Notes under the pieces: generated by a model
Databases searched by the model: none
The model's input: the letters and a program-made list of their open reading frames with translations, nothing else
What the model was told of the DNA's origin: nothing
Translations under genes and position numbers: made by a program
Source of the DNA: an uncultured delta proteobacterium
GTDB taxonomy: Bacteria > Desulfobacterota > BSN033 > UBA1163
DNA: 64,000 bases
Reading direction: 5' to 3'
Assembly: GCA_963708295.1 (NCBI GenBank)
Contig: CAVPSJ010000004.1
Coordinates: 1,107,154 to 1,171,153 of the forward strand
In this document: positions 1 through 9,156 of the stretch, piece by piece
How the letters are laid out: each line of letters starts with the position of its first letter
How positions within the stretch are numbered: position 1 is the stretch's first letter

Positions 1-1
1 G

Positions 2-229
2 CTTGCCCCTGGAGACACACTGGTATTCTATACGGACGGCATTGTGGAGGCGACGAACGAACAAGGGGAAATGTTCGGCTTTGAGCGACTCCTGGACTTG
101 GTTCAAGAAGCGCGGTCTATCAACGCGGACCGGCTCCTGAAGGAGATTTTGGAGAGGGTCAGCGCCTTCGTGGGAGCCGCTCCTCAACATGATGACCTAA
201 CGGCAATCGCGGTGAGTGTTTCAGGATAA
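2..229 (+). CDS. PP2C/SpoIIE (RsbU-like) serine phosphatase, C-terminal part (5' end outside window)
   Basis: Frame from nt 2 reads LAPGDTLVFYTDGIVEA...GEMFGFERL...QHDDLTAIAV, which contains the SpoIIE motifs TDG and DDxT. Confidence 0.9.
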   Translation, partial: LAPGDTLVFYTDGIVEATNEQGEMFGFERLLDLVQEARSINADRLLKEILERVSAFVGAAPQHDDLTAIAVSVSG

Positions 230-268
230 GACTTACTATCTTTTAAAGCCGTTCCAACACGGTTTGCT

Positions 269-1870
269 TTGGGGAGCACAGCAACATTGAGCGCCATACT
301 TTCGAGCTTCGCAATTTCCTTCCTCTTAGCTATTCTCTCCGCATTTTTGCTCCTGCTGGCCTTCCCCACATTTGACCTGGGTTGGCTGGCGTGGCTCGGG
401 CTTGTTCCCCTTTTTGTTGCGATCTCTGGTCGCAGCGCAAAGTCGGCATTCTTCCTTTCCTATTTATGCGGTATCGTTTTCGTATCAGGGGTTTACCGCT
501 GGGTCCTTGAGGCTCCTGGATATCACCTCTATCACCATGCCATCCTGGCGATCTACTTAGGGTCGTATTTCGGATTCTTCGGGGGCATCGTCAACTTGAT
601 ATCGAGAAGGTTGGGGGCCGCCTGGGCACACCTGGCCATGCCCTTCGTGTGGGTGTCTATGGAGTTTGTCAGGTCCAATTTGTCCTTCCTTGCGCTCCCC
701 TTTCCAATACTCGCCCATTCTCAGTATCCCTATCTCAAGGTCATCCAGATCACTTCGCTCACAGGAACGTATGGTCTTGGTTTTTTGATCGTTCTTTTCA
801 ATTCAGCCCTTGCCGCGCTCGTCCTGCGTTCGATCTACCGATCCGTCTCCCAAGGGGAAGCATCCGAGGCCCCTTCGCGGCGAGGAGCCTTCGCTTTGGT
901 ACTTCTGACGGTAACACTTTTAGCCGTGGTTTTATTTTATGGGCATTTCGTGCTTCCTCAAGGACCGATGTCCGGAAAATCGCTCACAGTATCCGTGGTG
1001 CAGGGAAATATCGGTCGTGAAAAAAAAGGGGATCCCAGGAAGCATGCAGCGTTCATCATGCAAAAATACGCTGACCTGACAGAAAGGGTTTCCATAGACA
1101 GGCCAGAGCTCATCGTCTGGCCTGAGGCGGCAACACCAGGGTTTGTTTTGACAAACATAGGCCTTCTCAATCAAATGGTCATGATCGCAAGAAGAGCAAA
1201 CACCCATGTTCTTATCGGAAGCTCCGAATATCCAAAATTCTCTACAGAGAAGTTGAATCCGCAGAAGCTCGGCAACACCGCTCTTTTCTTTTCTCCTACG
1301 GGTAGGGTTTTGGGTCAGTACCTGAAGATTCAGCTGATTCCTTTTGCGGAGTACGTCCCCTATCAGGGGATCATTCCGTGGCCCCAATTCATCGTCCCTG
1401 AGAGCAAGAGGGGTTTTGAGGTCCCGGGCCGGGAATATACACTTTTTGACTTGGGTGGAACGAAATTCGGAGCCGTCATATGTTCGGAATGTACTTTCCC
1501 TGATCTTTTCAGGAGATTTGTGAAGAAGGGCGCCGCTTTCATGGTCAACATAACCAATGAAGGCTGGTTTGGTGAAACGGCACTTCACCAGAAAGTGGCA
1601 GCAAGCGTGCTCAGGGCGGTGGAGAATCGGGTATTCCTGGTCCGTGCAACGAACACAGGCATCTCGTGCTTCATCGATCCTTATGGAAGGATAACCGGGA
1701 GGGTCCAAAAGGATGGAAGAGACACACTTGTCGAGGGATATTTGACACGGCCGGTTTATCTCTCTGAAGAGAGGACCTTCTACACCATCCACGGTGACCT
1801 CTTTGCTTATTTGAGTCTCTTGATTTCTGCCGTTATGATCGGAGCCTCCTTGCGGGGGAGGAACAGATGA
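269..1870 (+). CDS. lnt: Apolipoprotein N-acyltransferase (or paralogue)
   Basis: Multi-TM N-terminus and nitrilase domain: VQGNI, WPEAA (Glu), YLKIQLIPFAEYVP (Lys), ICSE (Cys), NITNEGWFG, RAVENR, RATNTGIS. Confidence 0.9.
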   Translation: MGSTATLSAILSSFAISFLLAILSAFLLLLAFPTFDLGWLAWLGLVPLFVAISGRSAKSAFFLSYLCGIVFVSGVYRWVLEAPGYHLYHHAILAIYLGSYFGFFGGIVNLISRRLGAAWAHLAMPFVWVSMEFVRSNLSFLALPFPILAHSQYPYLKVIQITSLTGTYGLGFLIVLFNSALAALVLRSIYRSVSQGEASEAPSRRGAFALVLLTVTLLAVVLFYGHFVLPQGPMSGKSLTVSVVQGNIGREKKGDPRKHAAFIMQKYADLTERVSIDRPELIVWPEAATPGFVLTNIGLLNQMVMIARRANTHVLIGSSEYPKFSTEKLNPQKLGNTALFFSPTGRVLGQYLKIQLIPFAEYVPYQGIIPWPQFIVPESKRGFEVPGREYTLFDLGGTKFGAVICSECTFPDLFRRFVKKGAAFMVNITNEGWFGETALHQKVAASVLRAVENRVFLVRATNTGISCFIDPYGRITGRVQKDGRDTLVEGYLTRPVYLSEERTFYTIHGDLFAYLSLLISAVMIGASLRGRNR

Positions 1871-3219
1871 AAGTCATGATCATCACCCCGGGACACCCTG
1901 GCCCTGATAGAAAGTCCCTACCGCCGGCACTGACCGCTCCCTATCTTGCGGCGCTGGCTACCCCATATGCGGAATCCATCAGGATTTATGACTTGGCCGT
2001 GGAACCTTTTGACCCGAAAGGACCTGTGCCTGATGTTGCTTTGCTCACCTCAACCATGGCGCAGTTCGATCAGGTATTCAAAATCGGTGAACTCCTGAAA
2101 GCTAAAGGGTCTAAGATCTTCCTCGGAGGACCCTACGCAACCCTGGCTTTCGATTTCGATCCCCGAATAAAGGAATTGGCTGACTGTGTTGTTTTTGGCG
2201 AAGGAGAGAAAGCGCTGCCGCAAGCGTTGGCGGACTGCCAGAACGAGAGATTGCAGCCGACTTATAATATGCCAGTAGACTCACTGAACGGAATGCCATT
2301 CAGCCGTCTCGATCTTCTGGATCATACCAAATACTATTTTTCTACGGTCGTGATTGGCACGAGGGGTTGTCTGAATAGATGCACCTATTGCACGATCAGG
2401 GATCTCTATGGTTTCAAATTCTTGAAGCGACCGGTGGAAGAAGTCATCGAAGAAATACGATACCAAACATCGAGGCCGAATATCGGGTGGCTGGATCGGA
2501 AACTGGTGGAGTTCTGGGATGATAATCCCGCGTGTGACCTCGATTGGTTTAAGCAGCTACTCGAAAAAATGATTCCCTTGAAGAAATGGTGGTTGTCCCA
2601 AATCTGTCTTAATGTGGCCGAGGACGAGGAAGCCGTGAAGCTGATGAGAGCTTCCGGCTGCAAGGGGGTCTTTGTTGGTCTGGAATCGGTGTCCGAGAAC
2701 ACGCTGAAAGGGCAGAACAAAGCGGAAGTGAACGTCGTGGATCGATACGTAGAATCCTCGAGGGTCCTATTGAAGCATGGGATTAATTTTGTCGGGGCCA
2801 TCATGTACGGCTTTGATGAGGATACGAAAGAGAGTCTTTTCAATGACACCCCCAGAGTTCTTGGGGAAATGGGGTTGACTCTTCTTCAGACCCATATGGT
2901 CACGCCCTATCCCCACTCGGACTTTTTTAAGCTTCTTGACAGAGAAAAAAGGCTGATGACGAAAGAGTGCAAATATTACAACGGATACACGCTCGTTCAT
3001 AAGCCCCAAAAAATAGGCGCAGCAGAGCTCCAGGAGAGGTTTTTTGAAACTCGAAGAAAATTCTACTCTTGGGGTTCGATTTTGAGGAGAATGAGGAGAC
3101 ACCGGTTGACAAAATACCCGGAGTTCTTGATCTGGAACGTGCTGTATCGTAAACCGAACTATCAAGCGATTCCCGGCGTGGATGCGAAGGGATGGCTCGA
3201 TTTCTTGAGGAAGTCTTGA
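1867..3219 (+). CDS. B12-binding-domain radical SAM protein
   Basis: GGPYAT and GEGE in B12-binding domain; RGCLNRCTYC (CxxxCxxC); DDN; GLES; TPYP. ATGA overlap with lnt. Confidence 0.9.
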   Translation: MKVMIITPGHPGPDRKSLPPALTAPYLAALATPYAESIRIYDLAVEPFDPKGPVPDVALLTSTMAQFDQVFKIGELLKAKGSKIFLGGPYATLAFDFDPRIKELADCVVFGEGEKALPQALADCQNERLQPTYNMPVDSLNGMPFSRLDLLDHTKYYFSTVVIGTRGCLNRCTYCTIRDLYGFKFLKRPVEEVIEEIRYQTSRPNIGWLDRKLVEFWDDNPACDLDWFKQLLEKMIPLKKWWLSQICLNVAEDEEAVKLMRASGCKGVFVGLESVSENTLKGQNKAEVNVVDRYVESSRVLLKHGINFVGAIMYGFDEDTKESLFNDTPRVLGEMGLTLLQTHMVTPYPHSDFFKLLDREKRLMTKECKYYNGYTLVHKPQKIGAAELQERFFETRRKFYSWGSILRRMRRHRLTKYPEFLIWNVLYRKPNYQAIPGVDAKGWLDFLRKS

Positions 3220-3463
3220 TCCATCAGATAGGATCGATCCCGAGGGCCAGGTGGGCTCATCGATGCGTCTGCATGGTGTAACACTGGGAAGATATGGCGA
3301 GGGTTCATCTTTTGCATATCTTTTCAAAAGCTTTGATGACGGCCACTGTTTTCCATCGGAATCGATTCTGCTTCGATATAGACTTGTTTAAACTTGGCGG
3401 TTTATTTTTAAATAATCGCAGGTTGAGGAGAAAATTTCAGTCTGGTGAACTAAAAACAAAAAG

Positions 3464-3500
3464 TTGACTTTCCCATTCAACGTAGCTACAATAGCTACAT
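3464..3500 (+). promoter_or_regulatory. Sigma70 promoter with overlapping palindromic operators for the TA operon
   Basis: TTGACT(3464)-17 bp-TACAAT(3487); tandem GTAGCTAC / ATAGCTAC sites overlap the -10. Confidence 0.7.
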
Positions 3501-3514
3501 CGGGGGAAGATTCT

Positions 3515-3799
3515 ATGGAGACGGTTGGGATTAAGGAATTAAAAAACAAACTGACCTATTATCTTAAATTAACGAAAGAAGGAAACAAAGTTATTGTGAC
3601 AGACAGAGGGACTCCTGTAGCCATCATACAAAGCATAGATCACGTTAAGAATAATGTGGGGGTTGAAGAGAGACTTGCCTCACTTGCGAAAAGAGGGATG
3701 CTCAGGCTACCCCTGAAAAAGGGGAAGTTACCTCCTTTCAAGAGTGTTAAAGCGGCTGGAAAGCCAGCCTCAGAAATCATTATAGAAGAGAGAAGATGA
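3515..3799 (+). CDS. Phd/YefM-family antitoxin
   Basis: METVGIKELKNKLTYYL...VIVTDRGTPVA; ATGA overlap with PIN toxin. Confidence 0.9.
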   Translation: METVGIKELKNKLTYYLKLTKEGNKVIVTDRGTPVAIIQSIDHVKNNVGVEERLASLAKRGMLRLPLKKGKLPPFKSVKAAGKPASEIIIEERR

Positions 3800-4236
3800 T
3801 CTATCTCGACAGCAGTGCCCTCGTAAAAAGATATGTCCAGGAAGAAGGAACTGATTTTGTTAAATCCATCCTGGCGGGTCATGGGCTCATAACAACATCG
3901 AAACTCACCTATCCCGAGATACTCTCAGCTTTAATGAGAAAGGTTCGGGGAGGTGAGATTGAGAGGAAAACGTTTAATGGAATCGTTGAAATGTTCGATA
4001 AGGACTGGGACCATGTTCTCGTGCTCGATTTCCATAACGACCTTCTGCAAATAGTTAAAGTGGTAATAGAAAAGCATCCCCTGAAGGCTGCCGACGCTAT
4101 CCACCTCTCTTCAGCTTTGTGGTTAAAACTTTCCTCGAAGGCGGATGTAACCTTTGTAGCTTCCGATTCGAACCTACTCAAAGCTGCTCAGGCTGAGAAA
4201 CTACAGATCGTCAATCCACTGGATGAGGCAAAATAG
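3796..4236 (+). CDS. vapC: VapC PIN-domain toxin
   Basis: YLDSSALVKRY...E...LKAADAIHL...FVASD PIN acidic residues. Confidence 0.92.
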   Translation: MIYLDSSALVKRYVQEEGTDFVKSILAGHGLITTSKLTYPEILSALMRKVRGGEIERKTFNGIVEMFDKDWDHVLVLDFHNDLLQIVKVVIEKHPLKAADAIHLSSALWLKLSSKADVTFVASDSNLLKAAQAEKLQIVNPLDEAK

Positions 4237-4379
4237 ATTCGCTATGCGATTTGTGATAACAAGTAAGTTGAAAAGCTTGGCCAATTTATTATAATAGAGG
4301 CCGTTCGTCAGAGACTTCGGCTCATCTATATCGTATTTGATTAGCTTTCATCTTTTGTGATGGGAGAGGAGTTCCATTT

Positions 4380-4805
4380 ATGATGGCGGATAATAAGGTT
4401 GAGCTTCATATCCCAAGCATCATGGGTTTTGAAAAGGTTGCGATGGAATGTTCCGCATCGGTGGCGAAAAAGATGGGCTTTACGGAAGACCGAATTGAAG
4501 ACTTGAAGACGGCTGTCGGGGAGGCTTGCCTGAATGCCATTGAACATGGTAACAAGATGGATACCAATACGAAAGTGGGGATTACTCTGACGGTTGAGGA
4601 AACGAAACTTCAAGTGGCTGTGAAAGACGAAGGGAAAGGAGTCGGGGAAATCCCTCTCCCCAGTATCAAGAATAAAATGGAGGGGAAAGACAAACCCCGG
4701 GGATGGGGCCTCTTTCTTATTAAAAATCTGATCAATGAGGTCACTTTCGAACCCAGTCCGGAAGGCGGAAACATTACCAAAATGGTCATCTATTTAGAAA
4801 AATAA
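4380..4805 (+). CDS. RsbW-like anti-sigma factor / Ser kinase (HATPase_c_2)
   Basis: LKTAVGEACLNAIEHG, DEGKG, RGWGLFLI. Confidence 0.9.
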   Translation: MMADNKVELHIPSIMGFEKVAMECSASVAKKMGFTEDRIEDLKTAVGEACLNAIEHGNKMDTNTKVGITLTVEETKLQVAVKDEGKGVGEIPLPSIKNKMEGKDKPRGWGLFLIKNLINEVTFEPSPEGGNITKMVIYLEK

Positions 4806-4876
4806 ATGGGAAAGGATGGTTGAAGAAACTCAGTGAGCTAAGGAGGAATTTGGGTTTCACCAGAGCATAGGAAAAT

Positions 4877-5221
4877 ATGAACAAGGACATCCAAGTATCC
4901 ATTTCCCAGAAGGACGACGTTTCGATCCTGAATATCAAAGGAGATGTCACTGCCATCACAGGAGAACCCATCGAAGCGGCTTACCAAAAGGTGACCACAG
5001 CGGGAGCCAAAAAGATCCTTCTCTATTTCGATAAGGATGGGTATATCAATAGCGGCGGGATCGCTATTCTGATCGGAATCGCATCGGAAAGCAGGAAAAA
5101 CGGCCAGACAGTGCGGATGACCGGTCTGTCCGGCCACTTTCAAAAAATTTTTAGCATGGTGGGACTGACCAAATATACTGAAATTTTCCAAACAGAAGAA
5201 TTGGCCCTCAAAGATTTTTAA
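4877..5221 (+). CDS. STAS-domain anti-sigma factor antagonist (RsbV-like)
   Basis: YINSGGIAIL phospho-Ser motif; 114 aa; follows RsbW. Confidence 0.9.
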   Translation: MNKDIQVSISQKDDVSILNIKGDVTAITGEPIEAAYQKVTTAGAKKILLYFDKDGYINSGGIAILIGIASESRKNGQTVRMTGLSGHFQKIFSMVGLTKYTEIFQTEELALKDF

Positions 5222-5290
5222 AGACCGAACCTCAAAAGGTTCCACATCTATCCTGGTCTCATAGATCATCAGGAACGGTAAACGGTATCC

Positions 5291-6775
5291 ATGAAAGATG
5301 AGGCCTTCAAAAACGTCCAAGATCATCCCAGAGAAGTGAAAAAACCCCAACAAGAGCTTGAAAAGCGAATCTTCCATCTCAAGACCCTCTACGATTTGGG
5401 CCAGGAGATAGGCTATTTAAGGGAGACTCACGAGATTGCAAAAAATCTGTTGTTGATGATGATCGGGAACTTCGGGGCCTCGTGCGGGTTTATTTTCCTT
5501 TTCGATATGAGTCGGGGCAAAATGGATACGTGCTGTCAGAGAGGTTTGCCCAAAGAAGCAGTAGATATTTTTTCCGAGAAAATAGCATTGGGCGATTTAA
5601 CGTGGTTAAACGAAATTGCTCAAATCGAGGTGCTCCATGAAAGCAGTACCGCTCAGATCCAGGGAAAAGAAAAGCTGTTTGACTTCCTTTCTTCTTTTAG
5701 CCTAAGAATCTGGGTTCCATTTAACATCGATTCCAATCTAAGGGGTGGCATCGGATTGGGAGACAAACTCTCCAGCGATCCTTATACTCCAGATGACCAG
5801 GAATTATTGCTCACCATGGCCAACCAGGGATCCGTCGCCATCGAGAATGCCAAACTCCAACAGGCCCGGATCGAAGCGCTCGAACAGTCAAAGAAGGAAC
5901 TGGAGAAGTTAAGCAAAGCCAAGAGTAAAGCGCTTGACCATCTCTCTCATGAATTGAGGACACCGCTCTCTGTGATCCAGGGAAACATCCGGATCTTGAA
6001 GCGCAAAACTCAAGCACAGACCCCTCCCCTGGTAAGGGAGGAAGTCTTTGAATCTTTAGAGAAGAACCTGAATCGTCTTTCCGACATTCAACAAGAAACC
6101 GATCAGATTATCCGGTCGTATCAGGCATTAGAGACAAAGCAGCGGCCTGTAGAACCGGACGATTCTCAACCTTTAAGTCCTGAACGGATTGACCTCTATC
6201 TTTTTGTAGAACAAATCTTGGAGAATATTAAAGAGCGGGCAATGGGTCGGGAAATTCAGTTTCACCTGGAAGGAGACCACGGTCTCGATGTGCTGATGGA
6301 CCCCAAAATCCTCGAAGATATTCTGGTGGGACTCCTAAAGAACGCCGTCGAGAACACTCCGGATGAAGGAATGATTCGAGTTATTTTAGAACAAAAAAAC
6401 CAATGGGTACAACTCAAGGTTATGGATTTCGGCATTGGAATAACCAAGGAGAATCAGAGGCGTCTTTTCGACGGATTGTTTCATACCCTTGATACGGAGC
6501 TCTATGCATCCAAAAGACCTTATGACTTTGGCGCAGGAGGAAAGGGGCTCGATCTCTTACGGGCGAAGGTTTACGGCCAGCGCTTTAAATTCGATGTTTC
6601 AGTCGGAAGTCAGCGATGCACCCGGATCCCCACCGACCAGGATCTCTGCCCAGGAAGAATTTCCGCATGCCCGCACTGTAGGAAACCGGAGGACTGTTTG
6701 TCTTCCGGTGGGAGCACCTTCTGTATTTCCTTTTCAGTCAGTTCGAATGCTGAATCGGAGCAATTGGAACCATAA
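5291..6775 (+). CDS. GAF-domain sensor histidine kinase
   Basis: GAF end (YTPDDQELL...AIENA), H-box SHELRTPL, N-box LLKNAVE, DFGIGI, GKGLDL. Confidence 0.9.
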   Translation: MKDEAFKNVQDHPREVKKPQQELEKRIFHLKTLYDLGQEIGYLRETHEIAKNLLLMMIGNFGASCGFIFLFDMSRGKMDTCCQRGLPKEAVDIFSEKIALGDLTWLNEIAQIEVLHESSTAQIQGKEKLFDFLSSFSLRIWVPFNIDSNLRGGIGLGDKLSSDPYTPDDQELLLTMANQGSVAIENAKLQQARIEALEQSKKELEKLSKAKSKALDHLSHELRTPLSVIQGNIRILKRKTQAQTPPLVREEVFESLEKNLNRLSDIQQETDQIIRSYQALETKQRPVEPDDSQPLSPERIDLYLFVEQILENIKERAMGREIQFHLEGDHGLDVLMDPKILEDILVGLLKNAVENTPDEGMIRVILEQKNQWVQLKVMDFGIGITKENQRRLFDGLFHTLDTELYASKRPYDFGAGGKGLDLLRAKVYGQRFKFDVSVGSQRCTRIPTDQDLCPGRISACPHCRKPEDCLSSGGSTFCISFSVSSNAESEQLEP

Positions 6776-6928
6776 ACCGCGTCCCAACTCCTCTTCGACT
6801 CTCCGATGTAATCTCTCCTCTCCTTGCCTTCACAAGGGTCTTGACGCCTTGATCCTACCTTCATTCCTCACTTTTTTAGCATCAATTGACTCAGTCTTAC
6901 CTAACCTATCAGACATGATCGTAAGACT

Positions 6929-7540
6929 TTATTGTTTTAATTTGAAAGAGATTATTTCCCAATCATATATTACATCCCAATAATCACTTTTTTCATATTG
7001 GCACTTCACCATGGATTTCACATCGGGCGAATACCAATACCATGCTTTCCCCTCCTTTGGCCGACCCGCTGTTTCTCCAACCGTTTCTTGTTTATACTCT
7101 AATTTAAGAGCCTTAAATTTTCCTGCTTGAATCACGATCTCTTCCCACCCCAAGACAGTGAAAGTCTCAAGATAGGTCATTTCTTGTGATCCTAAGGCGG
7201 TTTGTTTAGTTATAAATTTGTCGCTCCATGTCTTCCCGACATCCAATGGAAAATTAAAAAGTCTTTTGTTCCTTCCCTCATACTTTATTCGTTTATCTTT
7301 GGCCATGTAGTAGAGTCTATTCAGAGAGCTTTTCTCACAAATTAAAGTCAAATCCCCGCGAGCCGTTAAGTATTTCACCACATAACTATCTCCACCGGCA
7401 TCATCGATCGTTATAATCACATCATCCGTTAAAACCCACTTGTCCCCTACGTTCCAGACAGGGGCTTCAACCTTATTTTGAGCAGATACAATGGTTGGAA
7501 TGAATAAGACTAAAAAGATTAATAAAATCTTCTTTTTCAT
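6929..7540 (-). CDS. Secreted hypothetical protein
   Basis: RBS AGGAGG; signal peptide MKKKILLIFLVLFIPTIVSA; APVWNVGDKW...AGKFKALKLEY...WYSPDVK. Confidence 0.75.
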   Translation of the reverse strand: MKKKILLIFLVLFIPTIVSAQNKVEAPVWNVGDKWVLTDDVIITIDDAGGDSYVVKYLTARGDLTLICEKSSLNRLYYMAKDKRIKYEGRNKRLFNFPLDVGKTWSDKFITKQTALGSQEMTYLETFTVLGWEEIVIQAGKFKALKLEYKQETVGETAGRPKEGKAWYWYSPDVKSMVKCQYEKSDYWDVIYDWEIISFKLKQ

Positions 7541-8034
7541 ATCATCTCCTCCTTTCATACATGGATTGATGTTAGAGAAATATTATCTTCTCATTAAAAA
7601 GTCAACAGAAATTTCTCTTCAATAAAAAATGCTGTGTGGAGTTCGGTCCACTAAATTTTGTTCGTTGCCTCTATTAAATACAAATCAGTGAATTCCGTCA
7701 CAAACACCTTTTCAAAGGCTATTCTTAAATAGCTGAAAACAAACAGCTTCTTCTTTTACTATTTTTCCCTGAAAACACGTTTATCATATTTTGTTCCAAA
7801 TGCAATGTTTCCTATGGAAATCAATAAGTCTTCCTTATGGTCTTTTCCAGTACATCTTCCTTAAATCCTAAGGTGAGATAATTTTCACAATCCTATTTTA
7901 ACATTGACAAATAAAGGACTTTATGGTGGTGTAATATCGGGATGAAAGTATAAGGGGGGGTGGGTCAGCAACAATCTTCTAACTCCCTAATCCTTTTTGA
8001 AAGCTTTAACTCATTAACAGAAGGAGGGATGACA

Positions 8035-8568
8035 ATGCGACGTTTGTGGACGATTATCTTCTTTCTACTCATTTTCCTGCTCTGGAATGCTCCTGTAGGG
8101 AACGCTCAATTCCGAGAGGCAGGAGCAGAAAAACTCAGGGTTACTGTGGATGCCCCCGATTTTACCCTGAAGGAGATCGGTGGAGGAAAAATCTCTCTCA
8201 AAGAACTGCGAGGGAAGGTTATTTTGTTAAACTTCTTCGCCACGTGGTGACCAAACTGCAAGAGGGAGTCTCCCTCCTTTGCCAAACTTCATGAGGAGTT
8301 TAAGAACTCAGATTTGGCCCTCCTCAAGGTAGCAACGAAAGAGAAAGAAAAAGATATAACAAGGTATAAGAAAGAACATAATTTTTCTTCCCCCATCCTC
8401 TTTGAGGATGATGCGGCAGTGGCCACTGCCTATGGAGTCTGGAGTCGCCCCCAGACTTTTTTCATCAATCGCGAAGGTAAGATCGTCGGCAGAGCACTTA
8501 AGGAAATGGACTGGACGTCGAAGAACATGAAAGATCTCATTGAATTTCTTTTGAAGGAGAAAAAATGA
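8035..8568 (+). CDS. Exported TlpA/ResA-like thioredoxin-fold selenoprotein (UxxC)
   Basis: ORFs 7960-8250 and 8314-8568 are in frame. Reading through gives LNFFATW-TGA(8248)-PNCKRESPS...GVWSRPQTFFINREGKI. The TGA sits at the first Cys of WCxxC and a hairpin follows. Confidence 0.88.
8258..8282 (+). promoter_or_regulatory. Putative bacterial SECIS element
   Basis: GCAA-GAGGGA-GTC-TCCCTC-CTTTGC hairpin; apical GU about 18 nt 3' of the UGA. Confidence 0.65.
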
Positions 8569-9150
8569 ATCGAATTCATTTAAAGAAGATATCGTATTTG
8601 GTTTTTTTCCTGATCTTTGGATTGTTCGGAACCCGATGCGCCACTCCCACCCACAAAGAAGAAGTAAAGACATATCCAAAGGATTATGTTCATTCTTTAA
8701 AGGAGATTTATCTTGAAAAAGTGTTCAATGAGAACCGGGGCTTAAAAGTCCTGGAAGAGAACGCGACCACAGTCAATGACTACTACCGCGGAGGCGTCCA
8801 GGAGAAGGAAGAAGGGGAAAAACTAATCAAAGAAAGCAGATGGGAGGAGGCGCGGAAACATTTTGAAAAATCAAATCGGTTCTTCGGGGTCGTCCTCAAA
8901 TATCTTTCGGAAGATGAGGCTTATCGCAACATCTATGGTGAGCAAGTGGTCATTTTTTTACCCAACCTCTTGATCGCCGACAACGACCTGAAATTAGTCA
9001 CGGTTTACAAGAATCTGAAAAATGATGATAAAACGGCTCAGGCGAAAGCAGAAGGACAGCAATATCTTGTCCCAATCTCTAAGGAGTGTAAGAACCGAGT
9101 GGGCCTATCAAATCGAGAAAGGCTTTGAGTCTGAATTGCCTAAAAAGTGA
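8565..9150 (+). CDS. Putative lipoprotein (probable +1 indel near 9069)
   Basis: Hydrophobic N-terminus ending FGTRC; the shifted frame continues SQSLRSVRTEWAYQIEKGFESELPKK to TGA 9150, just before the next ATG. Confidence 0.6.
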
Positions 9151-9156
9151 GGCACC

